The position numbers and the translations under genes are program-made. A DNA stretch of 24,765 nucleotides from Bacteroidota bacterium (lineage in GTDB: Bacteria > Bacteroidota > Bacteroidia > J057). The notes beneath the pieces were generated by a model, which saw nothing but the letters and a program-made list of their open reading frames with translations, did no database searches and was not told where the DNA came from. Below, piece by piece: positions 6,502 to 15,165 of this stretch. The stretch is taken from positions 1 through 24,765 of the forward strand of contig JBCCCJ010000001.1 in the NCBI GenBank assembly GCA_039033615.1. Reading direction: 5' to 3'. Each line of letters opens with the position of its first letter. Within the stretch, counting starts at the first letter, position 1.

Positions 6502-6959
6502 CACATGCTGCCGTTATATTCGTCCGAGAGATAAGCGGGATAGTTCGGCTCCACTTGCTTGAGGACGTGATACATCCAGGAAATGCGCTCGTGATTGATG
6601 ACTTCCAGTTCCCATATACAAGGCGCAAGACCGTCCCCGGAAATTTTGGTGAAATGATCCGGCTGCTGAGGATCAGTCAGGAAGATGTGGGTATTCAGCA
6701 TATTGGTCCCCACCCACCAGTTAACCAGAGAAAAGATGCCTTCGGTTCCGCCATGTAGAATCAGAAACCCAATCCGATCGTGGCTGTCATCGAAGTTGTT
6801 TTTCAAAGCCAGCCACTTCGGTAGCTCTGCTTTGACTTGCTCATAAAACGCCGGATGGGAGAAATCTCCGGTCTTGGCGATGGTGTAGACCTTGATCTGC
6901 CAATCATCCACTTTCAGGAGTTCGTGAAAGGCAATTTTGCGGGTTTGGTAGGGTTGCAT
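6501..6959 (-). CDS. Uncharacterised cytoplasmic protein (~152 aa)
   Basis: Likely start ATG 6959 or 6965 (ORF track 7019). Motifs FLILHGGTEG, NWWVG and PCIWELEVINHERISW; translationally coupled to the GNAT. Confidence 0.8.
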   Translation of the reverse strand: MQPYQTRKIAFHELLKVDDWQIKVYTIAKTGDFSHPAFYEQVKAELPKWLALKNNFDDSHDRIGFLILHGGTEGIFSLVNWWVGTNMLNTHIFLTDPQQPDHFTKISGDGLAPCIWELEVINHERISWMYHVLKQVEPNYPAYLSDEYNGSM

Positions 6960-6992
6960 GGGCATAAGGATCGGAAAAAAGATGCGCTGGAT

Positions 6993-7000
6993 CAAAGATA
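6993..7000 (-). promoter_or_regulatory. Bacteroidota housekeeping -7 promoter element
   Basis: TATCTTTG matches the TAnnTTTG consensus about 30 nt upstream of ATG 6965/6959. The -33 element is poor. Confidence 0.55.
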
Positions 7001-7116
7001 ACAGTTCATGGAACCCCATTCCAGGGTCTGTGATTCAGGTTTGTCTGTTATCCAACGGCTTTCTTCGGTTGGGCGTTGCGTCAAAGGAAGGGAGAGGGAG
7101 CCACAAAAGGGAGAAT

Positions 7117-7139
7117 TGCCCCTCAAAAAAAGGGGGAAT
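7117..7139 (-). repeat. REP-like C/G-run hairpin
   Basis: Minus strand ATTCCCCCTTTTTTTGAGGGGCAA, similar to TTTCCCCCTTTGGAGGGGG at 21464-21482. Confidence 0.4.
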
Positions 7140-7155
7140 GAGTTGTAGGACTTCT

Positions 7156-7176
7156 CCTCGGCCGGGAAGACCGAGG
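7156..7176 (-). terminator. GC-rich hairpin downstream of the S41 peptidase gene (possible terminator or stabiliser)
   Basis: Minus strand CCTCGGTC-TTCCC-GGCCGAGG, 8-bp stem. No clear U-tract. Confidence 0.35.
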
Positions 7177-7230
7177 TGAAGCGAGAAAGAGACCTTTTCG
7201 ACGAGATATACCAGTTATAGCATGGCAGGT

Positions 7231-8304
7231 TCACTCAATGCCATATTCGGCAGAGAGAAATTCCATGGCCCGCTCTAGCACCTGATCTTTGCTGGCTTGG
7301 AGGTCTGCCAGCGAGTTGCGAACCTGCAGATCCGGCACATGCCCGATGCCGTCCAGACTGCTTCCGTCTGCTTGTAGATACATCATGATGGAGTATTGAT
7401 ACTGCCATCCATTCGGCAAAAATCTGCGCATTCCCACATCCGAAAAGTCCCCTGCGGTGGTATCCCCAATTTGGGTGGTATGGGGCCTTGTTTTCAGATA
7501 GGAACAAAGGACTTCGGCTGCACTTACCGTGATGTTATCCGTGAGTAGTATCAAAGGATTGGGAGCTGATGCACCAAGCGGCGGAAAGGTTTCTTCTCCC
7601 AGAGGCTCAGCGTAGTACTTTCGCTTTTCGGTAAAATCATCATGATTGGGGCCATTTCGGGTTTGCACCGTAAATGCCAGCTCCCTTTCTGCGATGAATC
7701 GACCCGCAATGGCCGCTGCAATTTCATCGCTGCCCCCGGTATTGTTGCGAAGATCCAAAATCAGGGCTTGATTCGCCCGTACCAACGGAATCACTTCGTC
7801 CATGAAATCCTCGTCCTCCGCCTCTATGTCGCTGAGGTACAGGTACGCGATCTTTTTATCCCGGATGGTCCCAAATAGATAGCTTTCGTCTGGCTCACCA
7901 GAAAGGTCGTACTCGATCACCTGATCCAAATAAGTATTGCGGAGCAACTCCAGGCTAAACTCGGTAGCAACGGCGGAATCTTCTTCAGAACCCGACGCGA
8001 AAAAATCTCCTGCGGAAGGATCGTAGAGAAAGGTATGGGAATCATCCAGATACGCAATCATTTCGCGACAGATGCGCCACAATTCCGCGTCAGTCGTTTG
8101 GGCATTGACTTGGGGCTGATAGACTTGGTAGATGCTGTCCCAGTTCCATCCCCGTGCCTGAAACAAGCCATAGTGTTGGTCAAAGTCATCCCAAAATAAC
8201 TCCAGGTTGTTTTCTGGGGAATTGGGTTCCGCTTCCCCCAACAACTGCCGTTCACAGGAGACGCAAGTGGTCACAACGATCAAACAAAGGATCAATGATT
8301 TCAT
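7231..8304 (-). CDS. S41 family peptidase, lipoprotein
   Basis: 357 aa with lipobox TCVS|C. Tricorn-C1-like N-domain (FWDDFDQHYGLF...L.DSHT), LILDLRNNTGG, catalytic-region TVSAAE, QIGDTTAG, LPNGW and GIGHVPD. Confidence 0.93.
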   Translation of the reverse strand: MKSLILCLIVVTTCVSCERQLLGEAEPNSPENNLELFWDDFDQHYGLFQARGWNWDSIYQVYQPQVNAQTTDAELWRICREMIAYLDDSHTFLYDPSAGDFFASGSEEDSAVATEFSLELLRNTYLDQVIEYDLSGEPDESYLFGTIRDKKIAYLYLSDIEAEDEDFMDEVIPLVRANQALILDLRNNTGGSDEIAAAIAGRFIAERELAFTVQTRNGPNHDDFTEKRKYYAEPLGEETFPPLGASAPNPLILLTDNITVSAAEVLCSYLKTRPHTTQIGDTTAGDFSDVGMRRFLPNGWQYQYSIMMYLQADGSSLDGIGHVPDLQVRNSLADLQASKDQVLERAMEFLSAEYGIE

Positions 8305-8307
8305 AGG

Positions 8308-9087
8308 TTACAGGCTAATGACTGCTCCTCCAGAAAGCTGAAGGTGAGCGGTAGTTGCTGCGGTCAATTGACTGGTTTGGTAGTACTGCCATCTCCCTTG
8401 CATCTCCCAACTGATCCGCCCGGACATCTGATAGCGGTAGGAAGCAGCGAGTGTGAGACCAAAAAAATCCTGGAAGGAAGTCAGCTTGCCACGATAGGCC
8501 AATTCCAACCCCGAGCGTTCAAAAGAATCAACATCCCAGCCAGTGTAGGGCGGGCGCACCAATAGCCCAATAATTGGCAAAGATGCCGTTGCTTGCAGGT
8601 GATGTCGAGGGCTAAGCTGATACGCCACCAAATACGCTACCTCAATTCCGTGAAGGTTCAGGTAGGAGATCGCATCTGAATCTTCAAAAATGGTGTTGTC
8701 AATATGGCTGACCAAGCCCCCACCTAGCTTCATGCTGATGCGCTGCTGATTTCCACCGATGGGGAGTAGATAATGCGCCCGAAGGTGCCCAACCACGTTC
8801 TGAGCTTCGGCAAAGCGAGCAGCAGCAGCTTGGAGCTTCACCTGAGCATATCCAATTTCAGTCAAAAATAGGTGGCGGCCAGCGGTCTCTTTGGCGTAAG
8901 AAATGCGGAAGGCAAGGCCATCCCCACCATAGTGGAGCGGGGAGAAATTGGCATCTTGGAAGAACGTCCGATCATACCCCAGCTGAATCCCGAGGGTTTG
9001 GGTAGGGGAAGCGGAATTCTGGGCGAATGATTGACTGGTGAAAACCAACATCCAGCAGATCAAAAGGAGAAAAGGGGAGTTCATCAT
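8308..9087 (-). CDS. Putative outer-membrane beta-barrel protein
   Basis: 259 aa with a signal peptide (..TSQSFA|Q), many alternating amphipathic strands, a QDANFSPLHYGG motif and a C-terminal strand LQLSGGAVISL. Stop lies 3 nt from the S41 start. Confidence 0.72.
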   Translation of the reverse strand: MMNSPFLLLICWMLVFTSQSFAQNSASPTQTLGIQLGYDRTFFQDANFSPLHYGGDGLAFRISYAKETAGRHLFLTEIGYAQVKLQAAAARFAEAQNVVGHLRAHYLLPIGGNQQRISMKLGGGLVSHIDNTIFEDSDAISYLNLHGIEVAYLVAYQLSPRHHLQATASLPIIGLLVRPPYTGWDVDSFERSGLELAYRGKLTSFQDFFGLTLAASYRYQMSGRISWEMQGRWQYYQTSQLTAATTAHLQLSGGAVISL

Positions 9088-9241
9088 TGGGAAGTCTTGC
9101 AGGAAATCAGCAGATCAGTAGCGATCAAAACGCTGCTTCTTTCTGCCTGCCTCAAGTACCCCCGAGAATCAGGATGGTTGCATCGTGTCTCTGTGCTATT
9201 CCTGCTTCAACTTCTTCTGAGCAACTTCGCCATACAAGACC

Positions 9242-10012
9242 TCATTGTTGATCCCATCTCGCCCTTCTGCCCCTTACGTCAAAATGAATGGACATGGTGC
9301 CGGGATATTTGCCGAGTCCGCCGAAGTTCCCAATGATTTCCTGATCCAGTAACTTCACCAGGATCGCTTTGTCTGCTTGATTGGCTTTGCCATCTTGGTT
9401 GACATCTTTTGCCACGATGTCCACCGCCTCCCCGACTAAGTGGCGACTTCTGCTCGCTCCTCCAACTGCCTCATTGTACTTCGGAGGTCGATAGCCATTC
9501 ACCAATTGGAAGCCCGTCTCATCATAACCTTCTTGCTCCAGGCGTTGTTGCAGTTCCAGCACTTTTTCCAACAGGCGGACATGGATCAACCAATACATTC
9601 TGTCCGAGCCATTCAGGTTCAATACGTGTTGTCGATAATGCGAATCTTTCGGCAAAAAATCCTTGATTCGGTGATGGCCGACCACCTTTTGATAGATGGC
9701 GTCCCCGGGAAGGAGATAGTACGACTTGGAACTCAGCATTCCCGCAAAGGGAGCCTGATCGGAGCCGGTTGAGACTTTGTACGTGGTTGAGATGTCGGCG
9801 AAGGGAACCAGCTCGAAAGCCGCTAGCACTGCTTGCATCTCGGCCTTCGTTTCAATGGGCGCATCCGAGTGGGTCATTCGATAGGCCCACTCGTTGAGCA
9901 GATCCCGAACCCGCCAGAATTGGGCCGCCCCAACCCCCAAGATCACCAAGGAGAGGAAGCAGAAATACAGATGTTTACGGCTTAGGCGGAGCTTGACGGC
10001 AGGTCGAGTCAT
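9242..10012 (-). CDS. M15 family (D-Ala-D-Ala carboxypeptidase/YcbK-like) zinc metallopeptidase, membrane-anchored
   Basis: 256 aa with an N-terminal TM segment. NGYRPPKYNEAVGGASRSRHLVGEAVD (H-x6-D) and IHFDVRG (third Zn ligand). Confidence 0.9.
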   Translation of the reverse strand: MTRPAVKLRLSRKHLYFCFLSLVILGVGAAQFWRVRDLLNEWAYRMTHSDAPIETKAEMQAVLAAFELVPFADISTTYKVSTGSDQAPFAGMLSSKSYYLLPGDAIYQKVVGHHRIKDFLPKDSHYRQHVLNLNGSDRMYWLIHVRLLEKVLELQQRLEQEGYDETGFQLVNGYRPPKYNEAVGGASRSRHLVGEAVDIVAKDVNQDGKANQADKAILVKLLDQEIIGNFGGLGKYPGTMSIHFDVRGRRARWDQQ

Positions 10013-10145
10013 GGGCTAAGGGCTCAATAGGAGAAGGAGTTCTCTATACTGATCCTAACAAGAGCCAATGGTTGCAAAATGACACTTGGTAAGGGGAAGT
10101 TGTTAGGGAGAATCATTCCGCTGCCTGCTGGGAAGGTCGGAATTT

Positions 10146-10445
10146 CTATGGAGCTTCTTCCTCCCGTTCTCCAATATTGTCGTCCAACTCAGGCGTCGCC
10201 ATGATGCGAGACAGAAACCAAATGGTCCCGTACTTCTGCTTGATGTGATTCGCCCAAACCACTCCAATCATTCCTCCCAGCAGAGCGAGCGCCACCCATG
10301 CTGCAATTCCCCAGAAACCAGGGGCATACAGATAGCATAACCCGCCTAGTAATACGCCTGCCAGGGTAGGAGACAGAACAATCCCGATCCAGCCGAGTAT
10401 TTCGGAGAACCGATCAAACCGATTGGGAGGTAGTGAGTCAGGCAT
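10146..10445 (-). CDS. Small two-TM hypothetical membrane protein
   Basis: 99 aa with two hydrophobic helices and a C-terminal FLSRIMATPELD motif; packed tightly behind the sulfatase. Confidence 0.75.
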   Translation of the reverse strand: MPDSLPPNRFDRFSEILGWIGIVLSPTLAGVLLGGLCYLYAPGFWGIAAWVALALLGGMIGVVWANHIKQKYGTIWFLSRIMATPELDDNIGEREEEAP

Positions 10446-10494
10446 GGTACTCCAGTGTACTGATTAAAAAATCGTTCGCTTATGTGGGTAACAA

Positions 10495-11904
10495 TTATTC
10501 CTCCAATCCCGCCCGCCATGCTACTAGGCTCTTCCGCAACGAATCCTGCAATTCTTCTTCTTGAAGAGCCAAATTTAGCTGCTCCCCCGGATCGGTTGCT
10601 AGGTCAAACAACTGAAAACTACTGTCAGGGTGGGCCTGGAAGAGTTTGTAGTTTCCGGCGATCAGGGCGGATTGTTGGCGAAAATGAAAGCCGATGGGGC
10701 TGGTCCGGGCTAAGGTGGGACTTTCCAAAAATGGCAGCATGCTCTCCCCGTCCAAAGGAGCAGGCAGGTCAGGCTGCAGATCGAGCAGGTCTAGGACGGT
10801 TGGGAGATAATCGCTGGTGGAAAAAGGCGTGGTAGTGCGGGAGTTGGGCGCAATCTTCGCCGGAAAATGCGCGATACCTGGTACCCGAATGCCGCCTTCT
10901 TTGAGGCTGCGCTTACGCTCGGAAAGCCCTGCGGTGATGCCGAGGCTACGGGGGCGATTGCGGTCATTTTCGGGACCGTTGTCGCTGGCAAAAAATTGCA
11001 AGGTATTGGCCGAAACTCCCAGCGATTGCAATTCGCGATTCAGTCGACCGACCTGCTGATCCAGGGCAGTGATGCAGCTGTAGTAATGCTGCTGCTCTTC
11101 TGGCAAATGAGCATACTGCGCCAGCAATTCCGATCCGCCGACTACCGGCGTATGCGGCGCGTGAAACCAGATCACCGCCAAGAAGGGTTTTCCTGCCTCC
11201 ACACTTTGTTGGATGAAGGGAAGCGCCCGGTCCATGATGACCCGGCTGTCATCTCCTGTCAGGTTTTCTTCGACGATCTGTCCATTCGTGTCCCAATATC
11301 GAGTCCCAAACGGCTGTCCCAAGCCTTGGTTTCCGACTCCCCCAGCCGCTTTTTCTGGCGTCAGCATGGGGTTCCAAGTAGGCACCTTGGATTCGGTGGC
11401 GAAGCTCACCTCAAAGCCATGCTCCCGGGGCGGGTTGAAATGAGCTGCGTGCTCAGGCCGTCCTCCTCGATTGGCGTCTTGGACCTCGGTGGTTAAGGTG
11501 CCGAGGTGCCACTTCCCAAAGAAGCCTGTGGCATAACCCTCTGCCTGCAGCACTTCTGCCAGGGTCAATTCTTCGGCTGGTAGGTGGCCCACATTGGCGG
11601 TGAAAATGCCGTAGCGATCCGGGTGCCGTCCGGTCAGGCAACTGCCTCGGGTAGGGGAGCAGACCGGAGCCGCCGCATAAAATCGCTCCATTATCAGACC
11701 GTTCGAAGCCAATTGATCCAAGGCAGGCGTCTGGATGTGTGGATGCCCCTGAAATCCGGTGTCGCCCCAGCCCAGATCATCGGCTAGCAGCAAGATGACA
11801 TTGGGAGGAGGAGACGCAGGCTCAGGGGAGGTACAGCTCCAAACGCCGAATAGCAGCAATGGAAGGATAAGATAAGTCAGCGACAACGAGAATTTGGGAC
11901 ACAT
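10495..11904 (-). CDS. Formylglycine-dependent (S1) sulfatase, lipoprotein
   Basis: Likely start ATG 11904 (MCPKFSLSLTYLILPLLLFGVWS|C); ORF track 12006. PNVILLLADDLGWGD, CSPTRGSCLTGR (CxPxR), GKWHLG, HAPH, SDNG and EGGIRVP. Confidence 0.95.
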   Translation of the reverse strand: MCPKFSLSLTYLILPLLLFGVWSCTSPEPASPPPNVILLLADDLGWGDTGFQGHPHIQTPALDQLASNGLIMERFYAAAPVCSPTRGSCLTGRHPDRYGIFTANVGHLPAEELTLAEVLQAEGYATGFFGKWHLGTLTTEVQDANRGGRPEHAAHFNPPREHGFEVSFATESKVPTWNPMLTPEKAAGGVGNQGLGQPFGTRYWDTNGQIVEENLTGDDSRVIMDRALPFIQQSVEAGKPFLAVIWFHAPHTPVVGGSELLAQYAHLPEEQQHYYSCITALDQQVGRLNRELQSLGVSANTLQFFASDNGPENDRNRPRSLGITAGLSERKRSLKEGGIRVPGIAHFPAKIAPNSRTTTPFSTSDYLPTVLDLLDLQPDLPAPLDGESMLPFLESPTLARTSPIGFHFRQQSALIAGNYKLFQAHPDSSFQLFDLATDPGEQLNLALQEEELQDSLRKSLVAWRAGLEE

Positions 11905-11986
11905 GGTAGGGGGTTGGCAAAAGAGGTTTTCTGCGGAAAAGAAGAAGCAGAAACCGAAAAAGAAAAAATAAACAACCGCAAAATGT

Positions 11987-12007
11987 AAAAATTTGCCTCT
12001 AGGCAAA
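11987..12007 (-). terminator. Weak intrinsic terminator after the WG-repeat genes
   Basis: Minus strand TTTGCC-TAGA-GGCAAA followed by TTTTT, 8 nt after the stop at 12016. Confidence 0.5.
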
Positions 12008-12015
12008 GACGGTTC

Positions 12016-15000
12016 TCACTCTCCTCGCTTGGCCTCGGCTGGCAATGCCCCCCCCGTATCTGGATGCCAGACCCAATTGCCAGCTCGGTCCAAGTAGCCG
12101 ATATCATTGCCTCGGGTGAGTTTGTACAAGCCTTCCCGAAAGGTAATGCTTTCATATTCCGGCTCATAGCGCCAATTTCCCGCGTGAGTGAGAATCCCCA
12201 CCTTTTGATCGGTTTTCGCTAAAAAGCTCCCATCGGCCTGGACCTGCACATCGGTGTAGCCATAGCGATCCTCGATGACTTGTAGGATTTGCGCTTGAGC
12301 GGACAAAGCAGCCTGCCTGATGGGCCGCGGAGGCATGGCTTCTCTCACATCTACCTTCCGCCAAGCCGTACCATTCACATCCACCTTATCGACTTCAGCA
12401 ACCCCATATTCAAGCAAGCGAACGTCGATGTTTTCAAAAGGGATGATCGTCTGTCCGTTCGCATCTATGGCACCCCAGAATTTGAAATCACCTACTTGCT
12501 TGTAGGCAGCGCCCAAATGATACTGGAAAGACCTCGCCTGAAGAAAAGTCGCAGGGGTAATTTCTTTCATGTCTCTACTCAGATACCCAAAGCGATAGTC
12601 CGGCCCCCCTTTTTTGCCACGGTTCATATTGATTCGATACACTGCGACCCCATTCACAAACTTCCGGACCAGATCGTATTTGGGCGAAAGCAGGAATGTT
12701 CCCTTTGAATCGCAAAATCCGACCAAGCCCTTTTCAGTGGTGACTTGGAGGTATTCGCCGACCCAGCGAATCTCCTGATATTTGGGTGGCAAAGCCCATT
12801 TGCCGTTGGTTTGGAGGAGTCCGAATAACTTTTGGGGGTAGCGAGCGATGGCGACTCCCTGGCGAAAATTGGTGGCATCCATCAGTTGCAAGCCGATCAG
12901 CATGTCTCCATTCGGTAGCACATAGCCATAGCGTCGTTTGGCGCGAACCCGAGCCACGCCTTGGGAAAAGAGCTCCACCTGAGAGAAACGCGCAGAAATT
13001 GCCCATTCCCCTTTGCGGTTAATGAAGCCCCAGTAGCGGCCTTTTTTCGCAGGAGCGAGGCCTTCTTGAAAGTCCTTGACCTGATCAAAAGTCGGCGCAA
13101 TCATTTCTTGTCCCAAGGAATCCAGATAGCCCCATTTGCCATGGATCGCAAAAGCCATCATCCCTTCTGATTGAGGGCGTAACTCATCGGCATTGATGAC
13201 TCGCTGGAGGAGGCCTTGCTGATTGAGAAGGAAAAAGCGGCTACTCTGGATTTCCCCACAAAGTAAGGGAAGTAAGCTATCCGTAGGTTCCGTCCCCGTT
13301 TCAGGGAAAAAGAGTTGATCGAAGGTTGGCTTGATCACGGGTACAAATTTCTCGTTCAAGGCCCCCCATTTTCCATTCAATTCAAAGAGGCCCAAACCAG
13401 CAGCATAATTCTCGGCAAAGTCATAATCGGGCGTTTCGCTCCATTTGCCAGACCAGTGTAGATAGGTCCATGTTCCGGGCAGGCTGCGGGGGTCAAAACG
13501 AGGTTCTTCGCCGACAGCTTTGGGAATGGGCGCAAAGAGGTATCCCCTCCGACAAGCCCGGGCGATGCCTGCTTGAAAGGGACCGATGTAGCGGGTGAAT
13601 TCTGTTTTGCGAACGCTGCCCTTTCGACTGAGTAAAACAAAAGCTCCACCGGGAAACTGAGCCCTGGCAACGGGCAGGTCTTCAAAATCCTGGATATAAA
13701 TCATCCCAAAGCGCAGGGGCTGAATGAGTTTTCCCAGGCGGTGGTCAAACAGGCCGAGGCGGTTTTGGAACAGGGTACCTCCGGTCTCTGGGTCGATGCT
13801 CCGCCGGGTACGGCCCACCACAGAAATCTCGTATTGCGGCACCGGATAGACCTCGTGAAAGGTTGGCCCGTAGCGGAGGCTGTCTCCCACGCTATCTGTC
13901 CACACCCAACGGATGGTATCCTCTGGTTGCAGCATTGACATGGCATCTACAATTCGCCTTTCCCAGCCAACTTGTCGAGGATCACTCTCCCAAAATTTCG
14001 AAGCGATCGAATCAGAAAGGATTGCTATCTGGGAGGTATCGGTCTTGGTCTGTTGCTGGCGAATCAAGAGTCGCTTTCTAGGCACAAAGCGACCTTGTTT
14101 GTCATATGCGATCTGGGTCCAGATATCGTCTTTCAGGATGCGAGCCACTCCTGGATAGATTTCGATTCGATCGCAATCTAGGTCAGATAGGAAGTCTCCA
14201 AATTGGTTGATCAGAGCGGTTTTCCCTTCTACCACGACCTTGCCCACTGCTCCTTCAAAAAGTCCCCGGCGGGTAAAGGTCGGTTCGATTCGCCAACTCC
14301 CACTGCTGTCCATCAGTCCCCATAAGCGATCTTCCTGCATCCAGAATAGGTCGTGTTCTTCTGGCACAATTTGGCGATAGCGAAGGTCAGCGATCATTCT
14401 GCCATCCTCATGGAGCAGGCCATACAAAGAATTGTCTTCCACCAATAGATAGTCGCCGCTTTCTGCCAGGCTCCAGTTGCCCAAAGGCAGCACTTCGGAG
14501 CTATCCAAGCGGATCAAACGCTGTTGGTCCTGTTCCCCCGGTATCATCAGGAGATCTGACCCCATGATTCTAGGCAGACTGGCCAATCCGCTTAGGTGCT
14601 GCTGGCCCAGGGTATCCCAGACTTCAAACCCTTGCTCTACTGCCCCTACCAATAGTCCCGCTTTGAACTGCTCAATAGAGAAAAAACGCGGGAGAATCAC
14701 CGGGGCTTTTCCTGCCTGGATCAAGCCCCAATAGTTCTGCTGTTTCATGCCGAAAAAGCGATCCTGCAAGGGAAGCAAATCTTGGTACTGAGCGGGAAAT
14801 ACCTGACTGGTATCTATTCTTCTCATGCCCACCCATCCATTTTCCTGGTATCGAATCACATATTCCCCATGGGCCTCCACCAAAGAAAGCGCATGATAGA
14901 TCGGGGCCAGAATTTCCCCTTTCCCTTGCTGATACAGCCCCAGGTGATCCGCTTGTTGGATGAGGAACAGGCCGGAGGTGGCGCTGTCGGGAATGGCTGG

Positions 15001-15156
15001 ATACATGAAATCATACTGAGGTGGCACCACCACTTGCCCCAATCGGTCCATGAAGCCCCAGCGGCCATCCGATTGAATTTCGAAGAGTTGCGCCTGGGCC
15101 CAACATGGCAGACAGCAACAGACAAGCAAGTAACAAAGGATCCGATTCATGGACAT
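12016..15156 (-). CDS. Secreted WG-repeat protein (paralogue A, 1046 aa)
   Basis: Signal peptide ending AQA|QLFEI. Many G[KR]WG[FY][IL][DN]..G..[IV]I.P.[FY]D repeats (WG_beta_rep/KWG-type). Confidence 0.92.
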   Translation of the reverse strand: MSMNRILCYLLVCCCLPCWAQAQLFEIQSDGRWGFMDRLGQVVVPPQYDFMYPAIPDSATSGLFLIQQADHLGLYQQGKGEILAPIYHALSLVEAHGEYVIRYQENGWVGMRRIDTSQVFPAQYQDLLPLQDRFFGMKQQNYWGLIQAGKAPVILPRFFSIEQFKAGLLVGAVEQGFEVWDTLGQQHLSGLASLPRIMGSDLLMIPGEQDQQRLIRLDSSEVLPLGNWSLAESGDYLLVEDNSLYGLLHEDGRMIADLRYRQIVPEEHDLFWMQEDRLWGLMDSSGSWRIEPTFTRRGLFEGAVGKVVVEGKTALINQFGDFLSDLDCDRIEIYPGVARILKDDIWTQIAYDKQGRFVPRKRLLIRQQQTKTDTSQIAILSDSIASKFWESDPRQVGWERRIVDAMSMLQPEDTIRWVWTDSVGDSLRYGPTFHEVYPVPQYEISVVGRTRRSIDPETGGTLFQNRLGLFDHRLGKLIQPLRFGMIYIQDFEDLPVARAQFPGGAFVLLSRKGSVRKTEFTRYIGPFQAGIARACRRGYLFAPIPKAVGEEPRFDPRSLPGTWTYLHWSGKWSETPDYDFAENYAAGLGLFELNGKWGALNEKFVPVIKPTFDQLFFPETGTEPTDSLLPLLCGEIQSSRFFLLNQQGLLQRVINADELRPQSEGMMAFAIHGKWGYLDSLGQEMIAPTFDQVKDFQEGLAPAKKGRYWGFINRKGEWAISARFSQVELFSQGVARVRAKRRYGYVLPNGDMLIGLQLMDATNFRQGVAIARYPQKLFGLLQTNGKWALPPKYQEIRWVGEYLQVTTEKGLVGFCDSKGTFLLSPKYDLVRKFVNGVAVYRINMNRGKKGGPDYRFGYLSRDMKEITPATFLQARSFQYHLGAAYKQVGDFKFWGAIDANGQTIIPFENIDVRLLEYGVAEVDKVDVNGTAWRKVDVREAMPPRPIRQAALSAQAQILQVIEDRYGYTDVQVQADGSFLAKTDQKVGILTHAGNWRYEPEYESITFREGLYKLTRGNDIGYLDRAGNWVWHPDTGGALPAEAKRGE

Positions 15157-15165
15157 GCGTAAGAG

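Noticed and set aside
7559-7590. Apparent PPLGASAP insertion in the S41 peptidase
   Set aside because: Short Pro-rich loop variation with no flanking repeat or palindrome at DNA level; probably ordinary divergence.
11905-12006. Phe-rich N-terminal extension of the sulfatase ORF
   Set aside because: It is the translation of a pyrimidine-rich intergenic tract containing a terminator; the lipoprotein signal starts at 11904.
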